The notes below the pieces were generated by a model. That model was not told where the DNA came from. It saw nothing but the letters and a program-made list of their open reading frames with translations, and ran no database searches. A stretch of 64,000 bases of DNA from Macrostomum lignano (lineage: Eukaryota). The stretch lies in contig NIVC01000885.1 of NCBI GenBank assembly GCA_002269645.1, forward strand, positions 1 to 64,000, read 5' to 3'. How positions within the stretch are numbered: position 1 is the stretch's first letter; every line of letters starts with the position of its first letter. A program made the position numbers and the translations under genes. This document shows positions 25,238 to 37,294 of the stretch, in pieces.

Positions 25238-27043
25238 TGGAAACGGTTGATTACTCTCCAGCACTACAAAGCCGTCAATAAGATGCTTAATAATTCTTGG
25301 CTCATTGTTGCTGCAGCTATTACTGTTATTAATACTAGTAGTAACTGCGCCACCATTAGCTGCAACGACTGCACTGGCAGTACCATTATTGCTAGCTTGA
25401 TAATCTGCAGCCGTAGAAGCAACTTGAGTTACTGACTCAGAGACAGAGACAACCGCCGGCGAGCAAGATAGTTTAGCCTCATCAGCTGCAGAATTGTCAG
25501 GGCTTTCTGCAACAACCTGTTGATTTTCAATGCACTGCAACTGCTGGCACTGCGATTGCGGCATTGTTTGCTCTACTGGCTGTTTCGGTTTTGAATCGCT
25601 TTGCTCTGGTTGATTTTCACATTCTGTATTAGCGGACACGTTTGTTGGAATGATTTTAGATTGCTGCTGTTTCTCTTGCTGTTGTTGTTGAGGCTTTTCC
25701 TGCTGCGGCTTGTTACTAGGAGGAGCAATAGGAGCTGATGCCGGAGGCACAGGCGGCTGAATTGGTGGCGGCGGAGGTAGCGGAGGCACCAAAGCAGCCG
25801 CAGGCGTAACAGCAGTATGCGACTTAATGGGGCTGCTAGAATTAGATGGCAGAGGAGGAGCGGACAAGACCGCGGCGGCCGGCTGCGTTGCCACAGCGGC
25901 TGGGCCGCCAAGTCGTTGCAAGATTAAAGCGCTCTCCTGCGGTCTGAGATTCAAATCAAATAATCTTTGCTGGTGTTGCTGTTTCTGTTTCTGCTCTTCT
26001 GTCTCTGATGAGGAATGCTGTCTAGCAGCTGACGCAGACGATGTGGTAGTTGTAGTCAGTACCGCGGCTCCAAAAGAAGACGACACTGGCTGAATTGTTG
26101 AGCTACTACTAGTTGCAATAGCAGCAGCTGATTGATGAGCTGCCGACATGCTGCTGTGAGGAGTAACAACTGCAGCAGTGCCAGCTATGGATGCTATGGC
26201 AGCTGAGGAAGTGCTAGAACAGACGACAGCTCCGGAAGCCGATGATGCCACTATGCCAGTTGTAGTTGAAGCGGAAGCTGACGAAGGCGGAGGTCCCGGA
26301 GCAAATGATGCGGCTACGAAGCCCTGCGAAGTGTGAATAGCTAAAGGAGCGGACTGCACCATGATGCTTTGCGGATACACCATCATCATAGGACCAGTTG
26401 GGAAGCAGAAGCCAGCAGTTTGCATCTGGTTATGCGGATGCTGATGATGCAGTTGAGCTGCTGCTGTTGAATTAGGCTGAGAAGCCTGAGTCTGGTGAGG
26501 AGGAGGAGGATGATGATAAGGCTGGTGTTGCTGCTGCTGCTGTTGCTGTTGCCGCGATCCAGTATGAGGAGCGATAGCCTTCAGCTGACCATGATGCTGC
26601 AATGGAGCAATGGGTCTAGCCGATGCAGCAACAGGAGCGGCTGCATTAGCAGTACCCGATGCACTAATGGAAGTCAAGGCTTGATTAGGCCCCTGCTGTT
26701 TGAAAGCGGGCTGGATTGGTTTAGGCCGAACCTGCTGGAATTGATGTTGCTGCTGAGGCTGCGAGATCACGGCAACAAAATGTTGTTGTTGCTGCTGCTG
26801 CTGCTGAGAAGGAGCCCGCGCTGTAACTAGAGGCTTCGCCAAAGGAACAGTTGCAGTAGTAGCCGAAGGAACTGGAGGAGGTGGCGGAGTTTCCGGATTC
26901 AAAGTCAAGTCGATGTGACAGGAAGGCGCTAACGCGGTTGACGCCTTATCGGCTAGGGCTGCCGTTGCAATATTTGTTTCCATATTTGGCTCCGTTTTCA
27001 GAGGCAAACAAGAAGACGAGGATTCCGTTGCTAAGTCTGACAT
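25238..27043 (-). CDS. ph: Polyhomeotic exon 1, Q/P/S/A-rich with HD1 (whole CDS ~936 aa)
   Basis: HD1 motif PRIIKHLIDGFVVLESNQPFP ending at the cca|gtgagt donor. First ATG at 27043; an extra upstream exon is not excluded. Confidence 0.88.
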
Positions 27044-27299
27044 TAATTTATTTGATTTACTAATCAATTAAAACCCTTTACTAGACCAGCTGAATGAAGG
27101 CCAATCCGTGGAGTGTCACCATCAAGTATGCGATCCGGGTTGTTTAGACTGCATGAACAGAAGAGTTATAATACTGACATCAGGTACTAATATATATAAA
27201 AAAATAACTAAATCTATCGGCTGACTATTGCGGATTGATGTTGAGAAAAATGATGCGCAAAGATTATGTTAAGGGGGCGTTGCTAAGAAAATGTTGCGG

Positions 27300-27950
27300 A
27301 GGGGAATGATGCCGAGTAAGGAATGATGCTGAGAGGGGAATGATGCTGAGGGGGAATGATGCTGAGAGGGGAATGATGCTGAGAGGGGAATGATGCTGAG
27401 AGGGGAATGATGCTGAGAGGGGAATGATGCTGAGAGGGAAATGATGCTGCGAGGGAAATGATGCTGAGAGGGGAATGATGCTGAGAGGGAAATGATGCGG
27501 AGAGGGGAATGATGCTGAGAGGGGAATGATGCTGAGAGGGGAATGATGCTGAGAGGAAAATGATGCTGAGAGGGGAATGATGCTGAGAGGAAAATGATGC
27601 TGAGAGGGGAATGATGCTGAGAGGGGAATGATGCTGAGAGGGGAATGATGCTGAGAGGGGAATGATGCGGAGAGGGGAATGATGCTGAGAGGGGAATGAT
27701 GCTGAGAGGGGAATGATGCGGAGAGGGGAAGGATGCTGAGAGGGGAATGATGCTGAGAGGGGAATGATGCTGAGAGGGGAAGGATGCTGAGAGGGGAATG
27801 ATGCTTCAAGAGGGAAGGATGCCCAAGAAGAAAGATGCAGAGGGGGGTTGATGTTGAGGAATTATGTTAAGGGAGAATTATGCTGAGGGGGAATGATGCC
27901 GAGGGCCGAGGGGCAATGATGCTGAGAAGGAATGATGCCCGGGGGGAATG
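27300..27950. repeat. 20-bp minisatellite (gaggggaatgatgctgagag)n
   Basis: Tandem array between ph and the SAM gene. Confidence 0.95.
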
Positions 27951-28954
27951 ATGCTGAGACAAATGTGCTCAACTGTGTGGAATTTAATCACTCTACATGA
28001 TTTTATTGCAAAGTACATTTTACTTACAATCACAGTCATAGAATTTACTTTGTATGTAGTAAAATTCTCAACGCTGGCAATAGAAACATTAAAACAAAAA
28101 ACACATTTAATAACTTTATTGGCTCGTATATTTCGAATCCATTGAGAAAATGTCATAATCAATTGAATCAAATAACGCTTAAGTAACGCTCCATACAATA
28201 ACACAACAATACTAAGGAGTTAACTTATTAGGTTGTAATTACAACTTATGATTAAAGTACAATATTAAAGTACATTAGGAAAGTGAGATAACAGATACTA
28301 GACTGACTAGATAGACCACTCAGCACATTTGCATGTAGTAAGCTACTTTCAGTTCAGTAGTAGGTTGAACAAGCATTTTAAAGTTTTTTATGACAAGACT
28401 TATTTATTGGCTCTCACCCTCCCCCAAACTTAAACCCTTAGACTCCACATAGAACCTCTACCCTCTGAGCCGCCACCCAATTTTTATAACGTTCTTTAGT
28501 TGTTCCAGCCTACATCTGCCTTGTACATTTCAGCGGCTAATGTACATTATGGATGAACCTTATCAAAGTCATCTCAGCTGCCTTTATTCTTATAAAATAG
28601 CTTATATATTCTTCAATGCTACTAAACTGAAAGTAGAAAGCTCTTTTGCTAAGTATATATGCCTGAGTGGTTCTAGTATCTAATGTTACAATGTTCTAAT
28701 GTTACATTGAACATATGAACATTGGGTTCACCTGCTATCAAAACAGGCAGAATCTTCCATCTCCGGCAGTGTACTTTTTCCAAGAAACGTATTATCCCGT
28801 CCTTCTACTTAAGAAGTCCTTGTATATTATAATAAGAATGACTAAGACTTATTATTTATTGAACGATACAAAGTTGTAAGCTTATCAAACTAAAGTTTTT
28901 TTTTCATCCTGACACGTGAAGAAAATGCACAAAACCGCAACAGTCTAAGCGAGC

Positions 28955-29509
28955 TCAAGTGTGATGCCGGATAATCGGCCTGCCAGTTTGCGCCGATCCA
29001 GACTTAGCAATATCGCTGACCTGCTGCAGCTCTATAGAAGCATATTTCAATCGCAGTCGCATTATATGCCGCATCAGTTCGTCCCGCTCCGATGAAGAGT
29101 TCACACCCATAAGCAGCAGTCTGGCATTGTTCAACAACGGCAGTGCCAAACCGGAGATCTGGTGCTCGCGAAATCTTGCAACATATTTGCCGCACACTGG
29201 GCCGCCACGCCTGGACAGCCAGTCGGCCACTTCTTCCACAGACCACTGGCGCAGGGGTCGCTTATTTGACGAAATGGAACTGCCGCCCCCGCCGCCTCCT
29301 CCGGCTGGGGTGGCCGCTGAATCCGGGTGCAGATTGATTCTGACAGCAGTACGAGGCTGCTGCTGCTGCTGCTGATTCTGCAGATGAGGCGTCTGAGGCG
29401 GTGTGGGAGTTGGTGTAGTCGACGGAGTGGCTGCTTGCTGCTGAGGAGCAGCAGTCTGCGGTTGGTGCACTGGCGTAGACTGAAATGCAGTTTGCCCCCA
29501 ATTCACTTG
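28955..29509 (-). CDS. SAM-domain protein, SAMD10/SAMD12/aveugle-like; start codon not found
   Basis: WSVEEVADWL...Y...FREHQISGLALPLL...LLLMGV...RDELMRHIMRLRLK. The ORF is closed upstream by TAG 29512-29510, which is also a plausible acceptor. Confidence 0.8.
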   Translation of the reverse strand, partial: QVNWGQTAFQSTPVHQPQTAAPQQQAATPSTTPTPTPPQTPHLQNQQQQQQPRTAVRINLHPDSAATPAGGGGGGGSSISSNKRPLRQWSVEEVADWLSRRGGPVCGKYVARFREHQISGLALPLLNNARLLLMGVNSSSERDELMRHIMRLRLKYASIELQQVSDIAKSGSAQTGRPIIRHHT

Positions 29510-29780
29510 CTAGGAATGCAACTTTTTAATAGCAAAATTTTCTATACCCTAGTTTCTTTTTCGTGTATCAATTGATATGACATCTACATTAAAAAATAAT
29601 CTAATAATAAATGCCTTCCAATGCCATTACTTTATAAATTTAAATAAAAACTACTCATTTTTTTAACTAATATGACTGTTATTTTCGTGTGAACTTAATG
29701 TAAGCAAAAAATTATTATCAATGGTACTAGCTAAGGTCCAAATTACAAATTCAACAACTTTTGTATTCATTTCTCATTAA

Positions 29781-31466
29781 CCTTTAATGGCAATAAGAAT
29801 AACTTAAAAATATATTGTACTTATATAGTAAATAGTAAACTCAATATAAAAGATTAAAGCCAGTTAAAGAAGTCAATGTGAGAGCTGTCCATTTGCTCTG
29901 AAGGTGTTGGACAACTCAGCTTGTTATTTTTAATTGCATGGAGATTTTTTTATGAAAATTCATCAATGTTGTGTGCAGATATTGGTGCAAGTTTGTGTGC
30001 AGTTTCTTCAAAATTGGTGCCAGTTCGTAGGAGTAATTCAGTGATACAGAGAACTTTTGGGATGACCCTCGTATATAGTAAGACAAACAAATTATTAACA
30101 GTCTTTTATATTTCCTTGATTGATTTAATCAACAAAGTAGAAAGCCTGGTTACAATTACAAGAGATCAAGACTGGTACAAAAAGGTCACTTGAGCTCTTT
30201 TTTATGGGAATACCCTGAAAAGGCAGTTGTGAAGATCATTTTGAGGCTAATGACAAACAAAATACAAATATTTCACAACCGAACAGGATTAGGCAACAAA
30301 AAAGATAACTTCTCTCCTTTGAGCCTCATGTGAATTGCACTGTTTCTAAGAACTATAAGGATGCAACCAATTTGGATATCTTGTCAGCAGTTGCATTAGT
30401 ACTTAAAAATATAATTGATTGCAATGATGAATATAAGTGACAAAGAGTAAGTCAAAAAAATCTAATAAGCCTACAATCAGAATTAATAACTTTCAAGCCT
30501 ATCAAACATTCTTTTCAAATAATAGACCTTGGATGTAATTCAATATCAAACATATAGTAAAAACCTAGGTTAGGTTTTTCATGCAATATAGTATTATCAG
30601 TGGTATACATGATACTAAAAAGTATTAAGTAGTATGCATAATACTAAAAAAGTATTGGTTTGTATTGGTAAAAACCAATACTCCAATACGTTTTCTGAAA
30701 AAAGTATCGCTGATACCTGAAAGTCCAATACCAAAATTTGAATATTGGCAATATCATATTCATATTTATAGAGCCGCAGCTTCAGCTAAATAAAGAACAA
30801 TCAGCATGAAGCTTATAAATAAATCTGTAACATTCTCCCTTTAGTCAGTTGGCCCATTCCATAAAGATGGACATATTTGGAAAATAGAAAAAAGTCAATA
30901 TTTTTGCTTGTCATTGCCTTATCAGCCAATTTTTTTACCAAATCTTTTTTGTGTGTAATGTATACAATCTAAGAATAAATAAATGATCAAATGTTGGATA
31001 AGTATGTTATCAATTGGCAAAAAGTTATTTTTGTAAAAAATTGGACATTTTCTAAGCAAAAGACATCATTAAGTTTATGTACCTTTTAAAAAAATAGAAA
31101 GCATTAGAAGGTTAAAACAAACTATATATAAAATCATAGTACTTGCATTATCAGGTAAAAACATTAGCAACCATATAATCTATTATATTTTTAATATATT
31201 AGTACGTCAAAGTTACTGAATTGACAGAAAAAAATATGTTACGACCATAATGTTACTAACATAAGGCTGCCTTTTCTTTTGTATCTTTGTTGCCTTTTTG
31301 AGTTTATATATTCTAATAAAAGAGTTATGACTTCTAAAGATGTTCTTAGTCAAATTTAAAAAAAATTTTGCAAAATATCAAAAATGAAAAATGTTATAAG
31401 ACTTTTACCTTTTAGTTTCTATATGTCAAAAATCCTGTTGTTACGACCATAAGTGCCATTCAAGGT
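29781..31466. mobile_element. Degenerate piggyBac-like TIR element
   Basis: TTAA at 29777-29780 and 31467-31470. cctttaatggcaataa versus reverse complement ccttgaatggcactta (13/16). Repeated gttacgaccata near the right end. Confidence 0.55.
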
Positions 31467-31589
31467 TTAATAGCATCTATACTAATGATGATATCTATAT
31501 GAAACTTTATAAACATATTTTTGACAAAATAATATTTCATTTAAAATATTGGTTTAGTATATTCTATTATTAGATTTCATTTTATAAGT

Positions 31590-31870
31590 AAACATACATG
31601 CGCAACAGTCGGCCGATTTGGCCAACCGATTTGGCGGCCAATCAAGGAAGTCACAAAAATGCCCACCCAAATAGTAGTACTAAGTTGCTGACGAGGCATT
31701 TTGGCTTAATAAGACAGTCATAGTTACTCCTGCCATTTACCCAAAGTTACGTTAATTTTGTTTTAGGATTTTTTTTATATGAAAGTCGCATTTTTGGCCA
31801 AAAACTACATTGCATTTTTGTTAAAACTAAGTTGCGCAGCCGACTGAATTTTGGAGGTTGCGCATGCATG
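31590..31870. mobile_element. MITE with CATACATGCGCAAC TIRs
   Basis: catacatgcgcaac ... gttgcgcatgcatg; second partial copy at 249-430. Confidence 0.7.
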
Positions 31871-32079
31871 TAAGTAAAAATAGTCTGTCATGTTACAACT
31901 ATAATTATATGGAATGGCCCAGTTGTGCACCATGTACACAGATTACCAAGTAACCATTAGCCAATGTCTGGCATGCCCAGCTTTGAGTAGTGAAACCTAT
32001 CAGGTTCCTTACACTGATGTTTAAGCTGCAACATGATTCATGTTAAAGGTATCACTTTCATGCTTTCCCTATGCCCAGC

Positions 32080-32380
32080 ATACTCTAGAGTGAGTTAGAT
32101 TTGTAGGTGGCTCTTTGATAGTCACTAGGTTTGGTATATACCTGTTGTAGAACTCTACCATTCCAATGAATGATTGCAGTGTTTTAATGTCCTTGGGTTC
32201 CTTCATCCTAGCAATTGCTCTTGCCTTCTTTGGTATGGGTCTTACTCCTTTCTCATTTATTTTGTAACCCAGGAATTTGATTGCTAGTTGATTGAAAATG
32301 CTTTTTTCCTTGTTGATGTGAAGTCCATTCTTTCTCAAAATGTTCTGAACATTAGTGAGTCTTGTGTTGTGCATGATCTT
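32080..32380 (-). pseudogene. Ty3/gypsy pol fragment (RT C-terminus/connection)
   Basis: L..NGL.IN.EKS.F....IKFLGY.I...GV.P...K..AI..M..PKD...LQSFIGMV.FY.RYIPN pattern; truncated at both ends. Confidence 0.85.
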
Positions 32381-33059
32381 GTCTTCACCCCATACCATTA
32401 CCATACCATACCCATACCATACAATTCTTGAGCTTAACAAATTTTTACTTTTTCGCTAATCATGCAAAAAGGTTAACACCTTGCCTCTGCATGTATGAGC
32501 TTACATGTTTTATAAAAAGTATCTTTGATATGTTTAAACCAGAATACTTAAGATTTAACTTACTTTAAAAATACAAAATGCTGGTGTATTATGTATTATA
32601 CACTCGTACATAGAAATATAGTAGAAGTTGTACTATACTTCACCGCTGTTTAAGCTGAAGATCTAGATACGAGTAGTCCATTTCATTAAGGCTTTAAGTC
32701 TTTAGCCAATTAAAATCCACGCCGATGAGTTCAGCCAGTGGGCTTGTAGAGGTTGAGGTGGATGCAGCACAAGGCCTAGAACAGTATGTGCCCCGCCCCG
32801 CACAATCTTTCTTGTAGAAAAGGCGATTCTCACCTCCCCACTGAGTCTTTGAACCGCACTTCCTTTCATTTCCTATAGATTTTCTTACTTGTGTAGCATG
32901 ATCATCAATGTCTAAATTGTTAAAATATAACCAAAATTTCGAAATAATTTTCGATGAATGGTGTCGAAATTCGAAATTGAAATTATTTTGATGCAAAATT
33001 AGTTTCGAAATTTGGAATCTCGAAATCGAAATCAAATTTTGATCCATCACTACTATAGG

Positions 33060-33175
33060 ATGGTACAGACCAAAAGGTATGCTCCAGGTGAGCATCACAC
33101 TTGAATCAGCATCTACCAAATTGTCACCAAAAAGGCTATCACCAAAATGTCTTGTCACCAAAATGTCCAGGAACC
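33060..33175. mobile_element. Terminal fragment related to the MULE-like TIR family
   Basis: gtcaccaaaa repeats ending in tgtccaggaacc, the same terminus as 3106-3117. Confidence 0.45.
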
Positions 33176-33399
33176 CACAAATATATATATAGGGCCTATA
33201 TTATATAAAGTTAGTCCTAATTTAGCAATGTTTGTTAAATGTTAAGCTAACCTGGTGTTTTAATAATTAAAACTAATATTAATAATTTAAAAATATTGTC
33301 TTATTTACTAAGACTCATTTAAAAAAAGGTTTTGTTTCATTTTATTTTTTCTCTTAATTCAATTTCTTAAGAATTAAAACAGGATCATGTGATTCAAGA

Positions 33400-34380
33400 A
33401 ATCAATACTAAAATAGAGAATAGACTAGTCATATAGATTTTAATCAAACTATGTATAACATCATTAATGGATAGTGTTCCGCCATAGCCATAGCCACGGC
33501 AATGGGATCCTACAGCAAATATGGTAAAATAGGTGCCTATGGCAGCTATGGATATGCCTACCCTATGGTAGATAGCTGCTCTTATGGGTATGACTATAGA
33601 AATATGGTAGTTGTTGTCACATTCCATAGATTCCCATAGCCATAGTTATAAATTTAAAAAATTTTAAAAAATATTAGAAACAGGTAAAGTAAAACAAAGA
33701 TACTTGAGTAAAGTGTATCATGATTTACAAAATTTAAAAAACACTAGCAAATTTCAACTCTAATCCATGTGAATAGGGTCAGTTTCTTTTCACCTAATTA
33801 ATTAGAAATTGATATTTTGGTATTTCGGTGTTTTGGAGTTAAAATCACTTAGTGTAATCAACTATGAACATATTAACAAACACACTTTATAGTTTAATAC
33901 TTTACTATAGAAAAAAAGTTTACTAGGTGCTAGTTTGCTCATTGTATTATATATATTTTTTTATTTTATTAAAAAAATTCTTTTATTGGATTATTGTTAG
34001 TTAATTTGGAATCATGGTTTTTAATATAAATAAATAAAATATAGCAAATAAATGCTTAGTGTTTCTTCTGCTTTTATACATGTTTTTGTAATGTTGGTAA
34101 CAAAACTTTCACATTTGACACTGCTAGTTTGCTGAGTTTTTTTGCAAAAAATGTTTTTCTTTGCAGTCTTTTAAACAACCCTTGCAGTTATTTAAGTACT
34201 GGGCTTATACCTTCCTAATTCAAAGGACTTTATTTCCAAGAATCTTTGTTAAAACTATGGCTATGGCTATAGCTATTGCTATGGGAATATGGTAATATTA
34301 AAGTCCCTACAGCTATGGAATAGAGAATTGGAATAAGCCATAGTTTTGCTTATAGCTATGGCTATGGTATATAGACCCTT
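33400..34380. mobile_element. Fold-back element with inverted GCCATA/TATGGC repeat clusters
   Basis: (gccata)n clusters at 33480-33645 face (ctatgg)n clusters at 34255-34370. Exact ends not defined. Confidence 0.45.
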
Positions 34381-36049
34381 CTTACGGTGGAATACTAGGC
34401 CTATTAATGGACTTTATTTATATCTAGGCCTAGGGCCTAAGTCTGCATAGTATGCTTGCAAAATGTGGCCTTGTATTTATATATATAGGATATAGTCATA
34501 GTCATAGATAGTAAATGCATGCAAATAAATTGACTAGATTTTTTAAAATTAAAAAAACATGCCAGTTTAACAAAGTAGACACTACTTTTATTAGAAATAT
34601 AAAATTTAAATATTTTGTAAAGTGTTTATCATTGTTTGCTATATAATTACTTTATTATTATTATTTTGGCATTATAAACAATAAACTGGGGTACCAAACA
34701 GCAATCTGGGGCACTATAAAATCCATATTGCGGAAGGAGGGGTATACACCGGAATTTTCCGGCAAACACTTGAGTTCTGTGGCATATACTGGCATACATT
34801 TCTTGGCTATGTACAGTGTGGTGTATAGTGTGGCATACACGGGTACAAATTAATATAGGACTAAACAATTTTTTGTGCATTTTTCTATGTTAAGTTATTT
34901 CAAAAACTATTTTTCCTGTTACTATTTTCTCATTTACTAATAATTTTAATTACCAGAATTGTCATGACCATATTTAAATATTCAATTCTTTTTGGCATAC
35001 ATTTGGCATCAAAGAAAGTTGGCGTACATTTAAAATTTGTTGGCATACAATTGAAAATTCTATGAAAATGTGTCCGGCGTACACAGAAAACCTACCACAA
35101 TATGGTATTCCGCAACCTTCCACAAAATGCCAGGCAGGCAAGCACCAAAGTGTATAGAAACCCAATTGCAACTTAATTGGTTAAACATTCTAGTGTGGGC
35201 TGGGCCTGGGGGCCAATTCTAGGCTCACGGCTGAATTCAAATGTTGATTTTTCAACCCATTGTCATCGATGACTAGTTCCTTCTTAAATCTACGAAAAGA
35301 TGATGCCCTAGGCTAGGGCTAGGCCTATACTTCGAGTCGACCTAGGCCTATTTGCAGGAAAAAATTTCTTGTTGTTAAAAACACGATAGGCCTAGCCACC
35401 TAGCTATGGAATCGAAAAAAACAAATGTCAAGGTAAATAACTTCATTTCTTACTTATGGTTAGCATCGTATCAGCCTTCTTAAAGTTTTGTAATAATTAA
35501 TGCATTATCTGCAGAGTACAGAGTATAATATTATTGATATTGCAGTGATTTTTAGTTTTTATTTAGACAAGGTCTGCGAATAATAAAGGAAAACCGTGCC
35601 AAATGCCGTAAGTGAGCTAGTGGCTTACTTTAACTGCAAGCTCTCACTAAAACATGCACGCAGGTCGGCCGGCTCGCTATTGAATTTTACGGATTCAAAC
35701 TTGGCACTAAATTCCCAGAAACTTTGTGAAAGTAAAACAAATTTATTGTAAAAAATAGTATAATAAAGTTTTTTTTCTTGTTTAATTAAGTAAATAACAC
35801 TACTTTTTTTACCTTAAAATAAAATTTTGCTTGTTTTTTCTTGATTTTTAATTTGCATCTACATTTTCATGACGCTTAGGCTTCATGAAAGACTGAAAGC
35901 AGTAGAAGTATTTTAAACTCGTATTTTAAATGATGTTTTAAAATACGAGTACTATAGCTAGTATGAGATACTAGCAATCTGCAATGCATTGTCCTCTTTC
36001 GGGTTTGGGGCGCCCAATAAGTAGGGGCAACAATTATTAATGTAATCCT

Positions 36050-36340
36050 ATTAGCCTTGACGCCTTGAAAAGCGAATCCCTCGATAAGCCTTAACATCTC
36101 AACAACTTCCCCAGTACGCCTTGACATCTTAGAAATTCCCCCAGGAAGTCTCGACAAACAATTATAAGTATCATGATCAGCTTACCCCCAGAAAAGCCTT
36201 GGCCAATTCCCCCAGACTTGACATCTACTCGCAATTCCCCCCAGTAATAAGCGTTGACATCTCAGCAACCCCCCCCCCCAGCAAGCCTGCTGGACAACTT
36301 AGTAATTGCCCCCAGTATTAATTAGCCTTGACTTAATACG
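36050..36340 (-). repeat. Inverted fragment related to the Helitron tail subrepeat
   Basis: ccttgacatct units are the reverse complement of the gagatgtcaaggc units at 41700-42400 and 53100-53800. Confidence 0.5.
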
Positions 36341-36889
36341 TTCATTACTTGGGAGAGTGGGAGCAGCTGGCATGCTAGCTTGTTATGCTCCCTGCCTTAA
36401 TTAGGTCGGTGACAAGCGAATTCACAATTTCCTGCGTCCTGTTCCTGCGTCCTTGGTGTACATTTACCTGTTTTTTCTATTCGTTGGCAATTCTCTGCGC
36501 GCTCTGGCATGCAGACATGTCGTCATATACGTAATACCAATGTAACATGCAACGCGTTTTACATGCATGTATTCTCCAGCTTAGCGACAGAGACGCTCCC
36601 TGACGTTTTGATAAGTCTTTGAAAGGATTTTCTCTGTTGTTGTTATAATTAATATTAGCTTGTTTTCAGGTACATATGTACAGTTGTACAGTACATGTAA
36701 CATGTAACATTATGTTAAACGTCAGTAGTATACATGTATTGCTTTTGACGATCTAATCGGAATTGGGACCATAAAACGTAAGGACGCCATAGACCTTCAA
36801 CACAGGCTACAGACTCGATCTGGCTGCTTGGGAATACAAAACCATAGAATTTGGAATTGGACAATCAAAATAGGGAAAAGCCATTCAAA

Positions 36890-37147
36890 ACGGGAATCCG
36901 CAGGGGAAGGGGGGCGGGCTGCCCCCGGGTGACCACCCCTCACCACTCTCAGGGGGTGACCAACCCCAGGGGGTGACCACCCACTTAAAAAAAATTGGTA
37001 CTTTACCATATTTTTTCAAAAGTGTGGTCACCCCATGGGGCATGGGGGTGGTCACCTGAGACCTTTTTTTCTGGGGGTGACCACCCAGCCGGGGGGGTGA
37101 CCACCCAACCACCGCCCCCCCCAGCTGGAGGTCCTGCGCCGCCACTG
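36890..37147. mobile_element. Truncated hAT-like MITE (family of 12152-12450)
   Basis: GGGGGTGACCACCC repeats; right TIR cctgcgccgccactg. Confidence 0.6.
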
Positions 37148-37294
37148 ATCCACTGAAGTGCTAAAATTCATGTTATCAAAACGATGAGAGCTAGCCTAGA
37201 GGTAAACGGACTGACTGCTAAATGCAGGGACGATGGTTCGGATTTTTAGAGAGTTTTTTTAATTAAAGTTTTTTAACGCCAAAAAAACTAAAAA

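Noticed and set aside
25040-27067. 675-aa ORF taken as the full polyhomeotic protein
   Set aside because: It starts at TTG upstream of the first ATG and runs past the gtgagt donor into the intron. The FCS and SAM domains are on later exons.
35406-35436. Possible plus-strand micro-exon MESKKTNVK|gtaaat
   Set aside because: No partner exon found; such patterns are common by chance.
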